NCBI GenBank assembly: GCA_963717465.1
Contig: OY970340.1
Span: forward strand, 512,001 to 576,000
DNA length: 64,000 nucleotides
Direction of reading: 5' to 3'
Source: Candidatus Bathyarchaeota archaeon
GTDB taxonomy: Archaea; Thermoproteota; Bathyarchaeia; Bathyarchaeales; Bathycorpusculaceae
Positions 10,080 to 21,154 of this stretch are shown here, one piece after another (the stretch's first letter is position 1; every line of letters starts with the position of its first letter). The notes beneath the pieces were generated by a model, which ran no database searches, had not been told where the DNA came from, and was given only the letters and a program-made list of their open reading frames with translations. Position numbers and translations under genes: made by a program.

Positions 10080-11057
10080 CTATTGCTTTCCTCTATTCCA
10101 ATCTTTCGGCACTTCGATTTGAGCAGTTATTTCGTCTACAAGACCTCGCAAGCTTACGTTTTCTAAGGCATATTCAATCTTCAAAATTAATCGATGTGCC
10201 AGCGTGTCTTTTACAAAGAACTTTACGTCGTCAGGAGTGACAAAATCCCTTCCGTACGTTGCAGCTAATGCCCTGACAACTTTCAACGTTGCTAGCGCTC
10301 CTCGTGGGCTGGAACCGATTTCTATTTTTGGGTGTTCTCTTGTTTTTCTAACAATTTTCGCAATATACTCAATGATTTTCGGGTCAATGTAAACGTCATT
10401 TTCACATTTGTACTGCATATCCAGAAATGTCTTAGAAGTAATGGCAGGCGTAATATCTTCAGTCGGGTCATCTTTCCTCCATTGAATACGATTTCTCAGT
10501 ATTCTGCATTCCTCATCTAAGGATTTAACATAGCCCGTGCTCATCTTCAACGCAAACCGATCAATTTGAGCCTCAGGAAGAGGATATGTGCCTTCAAGCT
10601 CAATGGGATTTTGGGTTGCAATTACAAAGAAGGGCAAAGATAACTTGTGAGTAACGCCTTCGATTGTCACTTGCTGCTCTTCCATCGCTTCAAGTAACGC
10701 TGATTGGGTTTTAGGCGGAGAACGATTAATTTCGTCAGCGAGCAGCACATTGGTGAAAATTGGTCCCTTTTCAAGGAGAAAAGACGAGTTTTTTTGGTCC
10801 CAGACTCTTGTGCCCACAATATCTGCTGGCAACAAATCAGGAGTAAATTGGATTCTTCCCCAATTTGAACCCAGCATCTTTGCAAAAGTTTTAGTCAAAA
10901 GAGTTTTGCCTAATCCAGGGTTGTCTTCGAACAGTACGTGACTGTTGGATAATCCTGCACAGAGAAGCTTTCTTAGCAGTACTTCATCTCCGACGAATAC
11001 TTTTCCTATGCTGTCAAGGGTTTTATCAACTGTTTCTTTCATTTCTTGAAAATCCAT
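10080..11057 (-). CDS. moxR: MoxR-family AAA+ ATPase
   Basis: 'PGLGKT', 'RIQFTPDLLPADI', 'LADEINR', 'ATQNPIELEGTYPLPEAQIDRF'. Confidence 0.95.
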   Translation of the reverse strand: MDFQEMKETVDKTLDSIGKVFVGDEVLLRKLLCAGLSNSHVLFEDNPGLGKTLLTKTFAKMLGSNWGRIQFTPDLLPADIVGTRVWDQKNSSFLLEKGPIFTNVLLADEINRSPPKTQSALLEAMEEQQVTIEGVTHKLSLPFFVIATQNPIELEGTYPLPEAQIDRFALKMSTGYVKSLDEECRILRNRIQWRKDDPTEDITPAITSKTFLDMQYKCENDVYIDPKIIEYIAKIVRKTREHPKIEIGSSPRGALATLKVVRALAATYGRDFVTPDDVKFFVKDTLAHRLILKIEYALENVSLRGLVDEITAQIEVPKDWNRGKQ

Positions 11058-12202
11058 TATTTTTTCTCTCCTGTATTTCTAAATAAGTCAGGTTCCAAAC
11101 TTTTGATAATGCGCTCTACAATTTCTTTTCTTGTTTGCAAGTTCCTTTCTTTTGCAATTTGAAGATCCCATGAGGAAATAATTCGGGGATTTGGAAGCTC
11201 AGTATAATTAATGAGATTGTTTAGAACAAAATCAATTTTTTTAGGGCTAACTTTTCGTGAAAATAACAATTCAAATAAGAACAAAAGTAAATCGTTCTTT
11301 CTTCCAGAACTCAAGAAATCATCCACGTATCGTGTTAGAGCTGAGAATTCTATGGTTGTTTGTAAACCAATTTCTTGCTTATGCTTGGTCCAAGTCTCGA
11401 GTATTAGCGGTGCTGATATGGGAGTAAGGTTGGATTTTAAACGGAAAAATGCAACAACAGTTAATGAGCCAATGAATAACCATTCACCAATAATCGTGAA
11501 AGTTGTGCTTAACTGCAAAAGATAGGCCCTTAAGAACAATACATAAGCAGCTATGATTAAGCCTAATATTATTTTTATCGAAGTGCCATTTCCTATCCAG
11601 CGACCAAAATTCTTAGCTATTGAATTACTTGAATATTGAAGCGGATAGAACAAAGAAGTTGCAGCGGCAAATAAGAAGCCATACAAGCAAATATCTGCAA
11701 CAACAGCATAAGTGCTTGCGAAACAATTTAGCACTGCAAACCTTAGAAGAAACGCTGTGCCGACGAGAACAAAACATCTCAACAATGCAACTGTTATTGT
11801 TTGATGGTAACTTCGCAATACAAAGTCAGCCAAAGAGTAAAGGGAAGCAGCAATGATCAAAATGAAAGTGTATACACTTAACGCTTGAAGCAATGAAGGC
11901 ATGTATTGAATCGTTAAAAAGTAATAAATTATTATGGCAACCATAAAACCGTAGAGCGTATTTGCTATCTGATCCGTGAATTTGCCTTTTAAAAGAATCT
12001 TGTAATAGGTTACAGCAGCAGAAAACGATAAGCCGATGAGGAAGTATGGGAATCCATATTCAAGCGCTGAAAAGATTGTTGATCCTAAATAATTCTCCAA
12101 AGAAAAAACGTCGGAGACAAGCGCGAACCAAAGTAACATAATAACCACGATGTAGGTTACTGTTGCCAAAACCAGTTTCTTTAACAGGTCTTTCTGCATC
12201 AA
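11057..12202 (-). CDS. multi-pass membrane protein
   Basis: About 8 hydrophobic segments; overlaps both neighbours. Confidence 0.75.
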   Translation of the reverse strand: MMQKDLLKKLVLATVTYIVVIMLLWFALVSDVFSLENYLGSTIFSALEYGFPYFLIGLSFSAAVTYYKILLKGKFTDQIANTLYGFMVAIIIYYFLTIQYMPSLLQALSVYTFILIIAASLYSLADFVLRSYHQTITVALLRCFVLVGTAFLLRFAVLNCFASTYAVVADICLYGFLFAAATSLFYPLQYSSNSIAKNFGRWIGNGTSIKIILGLIIAAYVLFLRAYLLQLSTTFTIIGEWLFIGSLTVVAFFRLKSNLTPISAPLILETWTKHKQEIGLQTTIEFSALTRYVDDFLSSGRKNDLLLFLFELLFSRKVSPKKIDFVLNNLINYTELPNPRIISSWDLQIAKERNLQTRKEIVERIIKSLEPDLFRNTGEKK

Positions 12203-15012
12203 TTCTGCCCTCCTTTTGCCTGTGACGCTTGCTTAATCGAAAGTGCAGAAAGAAACATCTTCTCATAATCGGTTCGGCCCAGATTGTACAAGCTGTAATT
12301 GGCTATTTCGAAAATTTGAACAAAACTATTTAAGGATGATTTATCTTCAAAATGAGAATTCTGCAAGATAGCGGCTTGAAATTCTCTAGGCGAAGTTTCT
12401 ACTCCTAATGGAACACCATTATTCTTTTCAAAATCAAACGTTTCTTTATAGATACTAACTATTTCCTCTGTATAATCAACAATCTTGATACTTCTTTGGA
12501 CAACAATTTCCTTGGAGTTGGGCTGTGAATACTTAGCGGTTAACAAGTAGGCGCCTTTTGTTTTCGTTTGGAAATCTATTTTGGCTATTCCCTCGTTTTC
12601 CGTGCTTAATTTTTTGAATGGTTCATCGCCAAACTGAACCTCGATCGTACCGTTAACTGGGAGGTCATTCTTTTTGAGGTGTATTTCGGCTTGAAACAAA
12701 TCGCCTACACCCCAAATGTCAGGAAACGGCGACTTGATGAGTGGAAAAACGATTTTAAGTACTACATTGTCCGAGTTTTTAGCTTCAACGATAAGAGGAG
12801 CAATCACTGGAGTAGCAAAAGATGGATTAGTTAGTTTGGATTTGCGTTTTTTGTAGAAAATGAAGCAAATTGCTGCGGCTGAAGCTATTGCAGCTATAAC
12901 GATTGCGTAGAATAGGGGAGAATTCCAAAAGCTGGATTGCGCAACTGAGTTAATGTTACTGATTGAGTTAATGTTAATTTGTCCATTAGCTTCGGTTGGC
13001 CATGAAGAGTTTGCTTGGCTAAGATAAACTGTGTAGTCTAATTTGCTTTCGTTGGTTTGAGGGAAAGATGAAAAAGAGAATGTTGCGAAACCCGTTTGAT
13101 TTGTTGTTGCAAGCATCTGAACGACTTGGTCTCCCAAAGAGTAATTTAGTGTAAGTTGAGTGTCTGGTACGGGATTTTCTGTGGTGCTGTTAGTTAATTG
13201 CGCAGTGACATTGTAGGATTGACCAATTGTTGCGTTTCCTGATTGAGTCAAGTTAATCTCAAGAATAGAGTTTAACATATTCAATTGTCCATCGAATTCG
13301 GATGACACGTAATTGCCTGTTTGGTTAAAGTAAACTGTGTAGTTCAGCGTATTGTCTGCGGTCTGCGGTAATGATCCGAAGGAAAGCGTTGCGTAACCTG
13401 TTTCATTTGTTGTGGCTACTGCTTGCTCTTTTTGGGTGCCGTTCATGTATGATAGTGTAAGTGTTTGGTTTGCAATCGGCGTTTGCGAATCATCGACCAA
13501 CTGAGCATAAATACTAAAGGGTTGCCCAACAAGTGGAGGACCACTTGACGTCGCGCTAATTTTAGTTGCTGAGTTCACTTGCAGAGTCGGGTCGCTATTA
13601 GACCCCGCATAAACGGTATTGCCAAGCGTTGAAGCTATTACTTGGTAGCTGCCGAGACTGACATTTTGGGGAATTTGACATAGAATATTAAATTTGCCTT
13701 CAGCATCCGTGGTGTTTAACCCACAGACAAACCCGACGGAATCGTTCTTGTCAATTTTCAAGGTAATAGAAACGCTAAGTCCGCTTACTGGATTGCCTTT
13801 ATAATCAGTTACAACACCTTGTGCGCTGAAATATCCGCCTCTTAAAGCCCAGGATGAAACACTTGTTATGGTTGTATTAGTTGGTATAAGCGTGGGTGTT
13901 GGAGTAGGAGTCGGGGTTGGGCTAGGCGTAGACGTTGGACTGGGAGTAGGAGTAGGGGTGGGTGTAGACGTTGAATTAGATTCAGAGGTTGATCCATTTG
14001 AAGCGGTTGTGGCGTCAAATTCAACCCAGCCTAAATTGCTAAAATCTACCTCTGCCCAAGCATGCGCCTGACCGCTTGTGACTTGTTGATATTCAGCAGT
14101 TGAGTTTATGTTGTAACCTACAACCAATCGCGATGGAATACCAATGTACCTTAACAGGAGAACGAGTGCAGAATTAAAGTTGGTACATACGCCTCTTTTT
14201 TCATATTGCAAAAACCATATAACTGGATCTTGACCTGCCGGAGCACGGGTGTAATTTAAATCGTACACATAGTTTGTTTTAAGATAATCTTGGATTAGCA
14301 AGATTTTTTGATAGTCTGATGATGCTTGGGAAAGATCGATTTTATCGATGATAGCTTGCAATGTTGAATTTAAACTAGTTGGAACTTCAAGATAAGTAGC
14401 GGAAGCCTGAGTGTTAACGGATTCGGAGTTAAGCAGGCTATCACTAAACGAATAATGGGTATACTCGTCAATATAAGGCTGGTCAAATTCGTCGACTACA
14501 CTGAAAATGTACAGTTGAGGGTAATAATAGGCTGTAGCATTCAGCAAATCAAGTTCGTTGCTGTAATAAAGCGCTGGAATAAATCCGCTCCAATCACCTT
14601 CAATAAGTACACTTCCGTCAGTAGCATTCGTGTAAACTGCCGGTGTCTGAGACAGATAGTCTCCATTGTATATTGATGAATTTGTATCAGACGCAATTGA
14701 CCATTCACCGCTTTGGTATATTTCGCCTACAGATGTTCGAATATAAGGTGTTTGGGTAACTCCAAAAATCTCAAAACTTGAACTACTATTTGCACCTTCA
14801 GCGGATATTTCTGGCAAGGATGTGTTGGGCGTGACATTTGAAGTATCCGTGCCTTTTCCCCCACGGTTTCCTGAACCATTCCCCAGACTCGTTTCGGCTA
14901 CAGAGATTTTAGGCATGAGACTGGTCAAAACAAACGCTGAAAAAATAACCCCAATCACGACGATTGCGAATAGCAAATACTTAGTCTTGGGGTTTGGACC
15001 AAGGTTATCCAT
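12199..15012 (-). CDS. membrane-anchored transglutaminase-like domain protein with Ig-like extracellular domains
   Basis: Cys-His-Asp triad motifs 'GVCTNF', 'HAWAEV', 'FDAT'; PT-rich linker; N- and C-terminal TM helices; DUF4129-like tail ('ETSPREF...FEIANYS'). Confidence 0.85.
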   Translation of the reverse strand: MDNLGPNPKTKYLLFAIVVIGVIFSAFVLTSLMPKISVAETSLGNGSGNRGGKGTDTSNVTPNTSLPEISAEGANSSSSFEIFGVTQTPYIRTSVGEIYQSGEWSIASDTNSSIYNGDYLSQTPAVYTNATDGSVLIEGDWSGFIPALYYSNELDLLNATAYYYPQLYIFSVVDEFDQPYIDEYTHYSFSDSLLNSESVNTQASATYLEVPTSLNSTLQAIIDKIDLSQASSDYQKILLIQDYLKTNYVYDLNYTRAPAGQDPVIWFLQYEKRGVCTNFNSALVLLLRYIGIPSRLVVGYNINSTAEYQQVTSGQAHAWAEVDFSNLGWVEFDATTASNGSTSESNSTSTPTPTPTPSPTSTPSPTPTPTPTPTLIPTNTTITSVSSWALRGGYFSAQGVVTDYKGNPVSGLSVSITLKIDKNDSVGFVCGLNTTDAEGKFNILCQIPQNVSLGSYQVIASTLGNTVYAGSNSDPTLQVNSATKISATSSGPPLVGQPFSIYAQLVDDSQTPIANQTLTLSYMNGTQKEQAVATTNETGYATLSFGSLPQTADNTLNYTVYFNQTGNYVSSEFDGQLNMLNSILEINLTQSGNATIGQSYNVTAQLTNSTTENPVPDTQLTLNYSLGDQVVQMLATTNQTGFATFSFSSFPQTNESKLDYTVYLSQANSSWPTEANGQININSISNINSVAQSSFWNSPLFYAIVIAAIASAAAICFIFYKKRKSKLTNPSFATPVIAPLIVEAKNSDNVVLKIVFPLIKSPFPDIWGVGDLFQAEIHLKKNDLPVNGTIEVQFGDEPFKKLSTENEGIAKIDFQTKTKGAYLLTAKYSQPNSKEIVVQRSIKIVDYTEEIVSIYKETFDFEKNNGVPLGVETSPREFQAAILQNSHFEDKSSLNSFVQIFEIANYSLYNLGRTDYEKMFLSALSIKQASQAKGGQN

Positions 15013-15377
15013 GCGAGTAAGCCCTCACTGAATTAGGGGTAGGTCTTAAATTTATCCGGTTTTTCATCGATCTTTTCAATGATATTTCGTGGATAATTGC
15101 ATTGTTAATCAATAAAATGAACTCAAGATTTATAGTTTAAAACCGAATTATTGTGTCCCATCATTTTAGTTTTTCATAACGAGTTTTTCTGTTGAGAATT
15201 TCTTGTTTTTTTTTAGTAAACTAATGTGAAAATAGGAATATCACGATTAAACCACAGTTTTTAGTAAGGCTATCTTTAGGCTAATAAAAAAGGTACCATA
15301 AAAGGTACTATTGGAATTTTCAAGGGGAATAAAGAAGAAATGTTTTCCTTGTTTCCCTCGTATTGTCGTAAACTTTT

Positions 15378-17548
15378 TCAGGTTTTATTTGCTTGAGGAA
15401 CTGTACTGTTCTTGTTTGCTTTTGGTCTTTTCATGAAATAAACCACACCTACGACGACTACGATAATTACGACTGCGAGGACGACGATAAGCATCGTTTC
15501 ATATGAATTGCTTTGGGTGGGTGTACCGACTGCAACTGTTGTTCCGGTTAAGGCTGAGGCGGGAATGATGCCAGAAACCGTGTGAGGAGACGTGAACGTG
15601 GTTGTGACTGATACCCAACTGTTTCCGTTCCAGTATTCAATTACGCTTGAGCTTGAAAACGCTGAGTTTGTGATGCTTACGGTTACGTTAACGTTGGAGC
15701 CTAATGTGCCGCTGCTTGAATTAACTTGGATATCATAGAAAACGGCACCGCTGATGGATAGAGTGCCTGTAGCTTCTGGCTGAGTACTGCCGTAATTAAC
15801 TGATGTAACGTTCACTTCTGCACCGTTTGGAAGAGAAGAGCCACTGACTGTGACGTTAACGCCGGTCTGCGATGATTGATCTATTGTTACGGAATTACCA
15901 CTTACAGAAGCCGTAGAAGTAGCGGTTGATAGTGGAGTTGGCGAAGGCTTTGGAGAAGATGTTGATGTAGCTGTTGACGTTGGAGTCGGCGTTGGAGTAG
16001 CTGTAGGAGTTGCTGTCGGCGTCGGAGTAGCTGTAGGAGTTGCTGTCGGCGTCGGAGTTGGTGCCAGCTGTTCGGTTTCCACGGTACCTGTGATTATACC
16101 AGATGGTATCGCGGTTAACTGGAAGTTAACGTTGGGTGTCGTTTGGTTAACTGTTACTGATATTGTCAGCACTTGCGATGACGAGTACTCGTCCGCTGTG
16201 GCTGTTACGTTGTATGTTCCCGTTGTTGTTAGACCTGTTGATATTGTGTAGTCTCCTGAGCTGTCTGTTGTAGCTGAGCCTGTTATCCAAGGCTCGTCGT
16301 TGCTTGCCGCGTCTACAGTGACGCCATCGATTGGATTGCCTCCCGCATCGGTTACTTTTCCGGTTATGATTCCTGAAGGTATGAAAGTGAGTTGGATGTT
16401 GACGTTTGATGTCGTTTGTCCCTGAGTGACGCTCACATTCGTGACTTCGTTAGGCGTGGCCGCGGGGTACGCGGCGTCAACCGTGTAATTTCCCGTTCCC
16501 AGATCGGTTGTGATGTTATACTGGCCTGCTGAGTCGGTGGTGGCGAAACCGAAGTAAGTGTCTGTGCTGTCAGATACGGAAACAGCAGCGCCTGCTATAG
16601 GTGTGCCGTCTGGTTGAGTGATTGTTCCTGTGATTTTGCCTGATGGTGCAAGGGCAATGTTTTGTCCTGATGTTGTTTGTCCCTGTGTGACGACAATATC
16701 TGAAATTGTGGTGGACATGTGACCGGTTGGGTCAGAGACTGTTACGTTGTATGTTCCTGTGCCTAGGTCTGTATCCATTGTGTATTGTCCTGAACTATTC
16801 GTCGCCCCGAATCCTGCGAATTGGCCGTCTGATGATTCCGCATAGACATCAATGCCCGAGAGGGTCGCGCTGGAGACTGCATCAGTGACTGTTCCAGTAA
16901 TTGCGCCTGATTTTGGAAGGGCAAGGTTGATGTTTGCTGTTGTTGAGCCTGCTGTTACTGAGACTTGGCTGACGGTTTGAATCATGTGTTGTCCTAAGTA
17001 ATCAATAGCGCTTACGTTGTAAGTGCCTGTTGGCAAGTTCGTGTTTATTTCGTAGTTTCCGTTGCTGTCGGTGTACGCGTCGTCACCGCCGCTTGAGTAA
17101 CCTCCTGTTAGGTCTGTCGAGTTTTCTGCTACCACTAAAGCGTTTGCTACTGGACGATTTGTTGAGGCATCGGTTACTTACCGGTTATGATTCCTGAGAC
17201 GGCTACTGTTATGGTGATGCCCGAGGTTGTTTCGCCTGCTGTGACAGGAACGTTGTCGACTTCTGTGTTCACGTAGCCAGTACCGCTTGTGGTTAACGTG
17301 TAATTGTCAGTTCCAAGGTAGCTTGTGATGCTGTATTGCCCTTGAGAGTTTGTGACGGCATGTCCTTCGCCGCCGCTCAAGCTATTGCCTAAGGCTGAGA
17401 CGGTAACGTTTGGAACGGGATAGGGTGGTTGAGCTGAGGCTTGTTGTGAGACTGAAGCAATGCCTATTATTGCGGCTATGAATAAGCCTACTAATAGTAG
17501 TGTTATCAAAAAATTGGCTGTTAGTTTGGATTTGGTTAGTGCACGCAT
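15378..17548 (-). CDS. secreted, membrane-anchored surface protein with about 5 carboxypeptidase-regulatory-like (beta-sandwich) repeats; one frameshift near 17176
   Basis: Signal peptide, repeated 'SG.ITG.VTD...G.Y.I...L.TG.YNV' units, PT linker, C-terminal TM. The two ORFs join if one A is restored (GGTAAGTAACC versus the intact repeat GGAAAAGTAACC, 'GKVTDA'). Confidence 0.8.
15994..16058. repeat. perfect 30-bp tandem repeat (about 2.2 copies) encoding the PTATPTATPT linker
   Basis: GGAGTAGCTGTAGGAGTTGCTGTCGGCGTC twice, plus GGAGT. Confidence 0.9.
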
Positions 17549-18458
17549 TTTAATTCCTTTCCTGCTTTATTGCTTCTTGCTTACAAATATAAAGTTACTT
17601 ATTATTTGTAGTTATAAGCATATTTTTGAAAAAAAATTTTCGCGGAAGATAAATCTTAAATCTAAATAGCGTAGAAATAGCCTAAACACAAAAATCAAGT
17701 AGGCATTAGCAAAATGTGAAGTTTTGTATTATATAGACAAGGAAAGGCACGGCGCGCATACAATGGCATGAGCGCACACCACCTTTAACACGTCTCACAC
17801 CATCGCGCTAGACCTACGAACAATACGGCAATTAAGAAATTAGCTTTTGCTTTTGTGTTATTTTGTTTTAGCCGAAGATAAAACTTGCGGCTCAAGATTT
17901 TAAATGTAGAGTTTTTTGGTTTTTTTCCATGCAAAACACCAAGACATTCTTTTATGCTCATAACTTGTTTATAAAATTAGCTAGCGCTTAGCTCTTTGGA
18001 GTCTATATTAGCACTTGGCCAGAATAAAACAGATCAACATGTCTAATGCAAGCGTGTGCTTTGCTTAAATTTACACAAGCTTACGGAAATGAACAATGTA
18101 AAATTGTTTAGAAAGAAAATATTAGTCTTATATGTTCTGAATTAATCTTTTATGGCTTCTATAAGATTAAAGTGGCGAAATCTCCCGCTATCCCCTCTTT
18201 TTTTAAATCTTTAAGAAAAGTGAGATGCTGGCATATCAGCCATCTTTACCGGAGCTAAATCACCATAAAGAAAAATTTGCCACCAAACGCAGCCCCACAA
18301 AACTAAAAACAAGAAACTAGTGCAAGGATGCTATTTGAAACCTCTAAGCAGTGGAGATTTCGTCTCTTCCTCCTTATTTTTGATTTGTTGACGACGAGAA
18401 GGTGATTTGGGGTTAATTAGGCACAAACTAAATACTTCAAGAATCACAAGTTTGGCCT

Positions 18459-19319
18459 ATGGGGTACCAGCCGCGTATAAAGTCGCCAAAAGGCGCGATT
18501 CACCCGTACAAAAAGCCTCTCCGTGAAAAAAGAAAGAGTAGAAAACGCATTCGCAAGAGTTGTGAACCAATACAGGAAGCGAAGCATACTGCAACTGAAA
18601 GAGAGGTCTCAGAGGTAACCCTCAAGCGGCTGCATACTCTGGGCAATCAAAGGTTTGGTTCTTTCCCGTTCAGCGAACATTTTGATCGTTGGCTAAGCAA
18701 CATAACGGCTGTTCTGAGCGAGTTTGAGTCTCACCCTAGCATAAGCGTAGATGATAAATTCATAAGGGAACGTTCAGAAATATTCTCAAGGATTAAGCTT
18801 CAACTTGAAGATAGACGCCGCAAGGAAGCTACAATTAATCAAGAAACAAAAAACTTATCAGACTCCATAAATCACCTTAAACAAATCAACACAGACTACT
18901 CAGATAATTTGAGGGCTTTAAGAGGTAGAAAAAACAGCGAAGTCAAGCGCCTGTATATGGACATAAATCGCCTGAAAAGACAGCAGGATAACATAATTCG
19001 GATGAAAACTGGTTTTTTGCGAGGTATTTCCGGAAGGGAAAAAGAACAAAAAGAAATAGAGATAGCTCAGGAATTAAACGATAAGCAGAAAGAACTTGAA
19101 TTGGTTATGCTGAATTTTAAAGCAAAACAAAAGGAACGCTGGGAGGAGTATGAAAATAGGAGAGAGCCAGTGTTGGAGCAGATAAAATTTTTCCAGAAAA
19201 GAATTGGGTATCTGGAGGACGATGGCTCCCTGGAAGAAAGATGGTTTGCTTGTGAAGCTCTCATTGATGTTTTGAACACATTTCTGCAAAGAAAAGCGAC
19301 GCAGCCGCATAACTCTTAA
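18459..19319 (+). CDS. coiled-coil hypothetical protein
   Basis: 286-aa ORF with a basic N-terminus and a long charged heptad region. Confidence 0.7.
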   Translation: MGYQPRIKSPKGAIHPYKKPLREKRKSRKRIRKSCEPIQEAKHTATEREVSEVTLKRLHTLGNQRFGSFPFSEHFDRWLSNITAVLSEFESHPSISVDDKFIRERSEIFSRIKLQLEDRRRKEATINQETKNLSDSINHLKQINTDYSDNLRALRGRKNSEVKRLYMDINRLKRQQDNIIRMKTGFLRGISGREKEQKEIEIAQELNDKQKELELVMLNFKAKQKERWEEYENRREPVLEQIKFFQKRIGYLEDDGSLEERWFACEALIDVLNTFLQRKATQPHNS

Positions 19320-19374
19320 GAGCTGAACCAGCAGGAATCTGACTCTAAAAAACAGCAAGTTGGCTCATAGTGAG

Positions 19375-19396
19375 TGCCGGGAGTGGGACTTGAACC
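19375..19396 (-). other. isolated tRNA 3' fragment (possible att-site scar)
   Basis: Minus strand GGTTCAAGTCCCACTCCCGGCA is a T-loop, 3' T-stem, acceptor strand and discriminator, with no 5' half upstream. Confidence 0.6.
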
Positions 19397-19859
19397 TGCT
19401 AACCCGTAGAATTATCGCCCGCAATCCTCTCTTTTTCTTTAAGAGTCATTTTTTATCAATCGAAGCTTAGGAGACAGAAAAAAGGTACTTGGCTATGAGA
19501 AAAGTGGCAATATAATTTCAAAAAAGAGGAGATTAAAGCTTGAAGAAATGAATAATATTTTTGCTATTAAAAAAAACTCACTTGTTTAGTAAGTTGAACT
19601 ATCTTTCGAATTTCGGGGAGTTTTCCAATTCTACTTCAACAAATTGTTTTTGTTCATATATTGAAAACTGCAATGCCGAGGTTTCCACTCCCATTATAAC
19701 TTAAATGCAAGATCATTCATGGATTTAGTCGATATATCTTCGATTCTTTCCCTATCAGTTTCTTTGGCTTTGATCACATCGTCTAAGAATTTTTTAACAA
19801 CTCCTCAGAAGGTGGATAGACGTGTTTCTTAAGGCTGTGTTGCCTATACCTTTTCCGCG

Positions 19860-20135
19860 TTAAGGTGATTTTTGTGATAGTTGAATTCCGCATTGTGGAC
19901 AGAACTTGGAGCTTGAGGGAATCCAGTACCCGCATTTTGGACATATAATCGTAGCACTTACTGGAGGCTTAAGGGAGGTTCCGCATTCGGGACAGAACTT
20001 TGATACAGCTGGAACATAGGCGTGGCATTTTGGGCAAATGATAAGTGGGGCTGTGGGCGCTTGAGCTTGACCTTGAGGACCCATAATTTGCGGTATAAGC
20101 AGCATGCCAACTCCTATCGCGGCTCCACTCTTTGC
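19860..20135 (-). pseudogene. C-terminal fragment of an SPFH/double-zinc-ribbon paralog (possibly a standalone 81-aa protein from ATG 20105)
   Basis: 'GAAIGVGMLLIPQIMG...APLIICPKC...SKFCPECGTSL.PP..ATI.CPKCG..IPS.SKFCP.CG' aligns with the C-terminus of 4535..5515. Confidence 0.75.
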
Positions 20136-20689
20136 ACGTGTAATTCTCGGGGCAACGAGTCCACTGTGTGTAAACCGACAATACATAGCGGTTAACAAAT
20201 CGAAGTAACATTGCGCAGCTATTATCGAAATTTTGCCGGGGTTAATGCTAAGAACAAACATTGCTTTATGCTCAAAAGAGTTAATGCTTTTAGCCTCCCG
20301 ACGTGCAGCACTTCCAACAGTAATATACTATATCACCCTAGTTTATACGTTGTGCATGGCGGCTTTTTCAGAGCTTATGCAATGAAGCAAAGTTAAATTT
20401 CTAAGTCTAAGCAGCTCCAATCTCAAAAGGCGCGCTTTCCTCGACACTTTTCTACGCTATATGAATTTAAGATGTATCTTTGAAAACTTGGGACCAAAAG
20501 AATGAGGCTAACGGTAATAGTAATGAATTGTTGGTAGCGTGTGCACTCAAGCAAGCGGTAACTTGTATTGGTTTCACAAGTGCATCCTTTCCGAATACCT
20601 TCCCCACTTCTCAAGCAAATCGGCAAACTAGATTTATTAGTTAGAATGAGCAATTGTTGTAAAATTAATTAATTAGGAAATGCATTAAT

Positions 20690-21151
20690 ATGTCTATAAC
20701 TCCCGAAGAAGCTGCCCATGAACTACTTGAAGTAGTTCCGATCGTCATGAGAGAAATACGCTCCCAAATGCGCAGCCGAAGATCACCAGACCTAACAGTT
20801 CCACAGTTTCGCGCACTTGCTTTTGTGGATAGAAACTCAAGTTCCTCGCTTCTGGAAGTTGCAAATCATTTAGGATTAACCCCACCCTCCACATCCAGAA
20901 TGGCGGATGGATTAGTCGCACGAGGCTTAATGAAACGAGAAGATCAGCCAAACGATAGACGACGCGTAAAATTAACCGTTACCCATCGTGGGCAACAGAT
21001 TTTAGAAAACTCGCGCAAAGGCACGTTGGCTTGCTTGGCTGACAAATTAAGCAGCATTAGCGCTAACGACAGAGAAGTCGTATTCAAGGCCATGAAGGCT
21101 CTACAGCCCATCTTCACGAATGGCGATGCACAGGTACAAGTGATGAAGTAA
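20690..21151 (+). CDS. MarR-family transcriptional regulator
   Basis: 'LTVPQFRAL', 'VANHLGLTPPSTSR', 'DRRRVKLTVT.RG'. Confidence 0.9.
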   Translation: MSITPEEAAHELLEVVPIVMREIRSQMRSRRSPDLTVPQFRALAFVDRNSSSSLLEVANHLGLTPPSTSRMADGLVARGLMKREDQPNDRRRVKLTVTHRGQQILENSRKGTLACLADKLSSISANDREVVFKAMKALQPIFTNGDAQVQVMK

Positions 21152-21154
21152 AAT

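Noticed and set aside
13880..16060. Repeats at about 13890-13970 and 15980-16058 as CRISPR-like or regulatory arrays
   Set aside because: They are in-frame Pro/Thr linkers with no spacers; I saw no CRISPR array or cas gene in the window.
17550..18458. 900-bp intergenic stretch (and 57471-57998) as a possible ncRNA or mobile element
   Set aside because: I could not support any stable structure, terminal repeat or coding remnant by eye.
19500..19800. Protein-like minus-strand stretch ('VKKFLDDVIKAKETDRERIEDI...')
   Set aside because: It is interrupted by stops and I cannot assign a family; at most a decayed gene.
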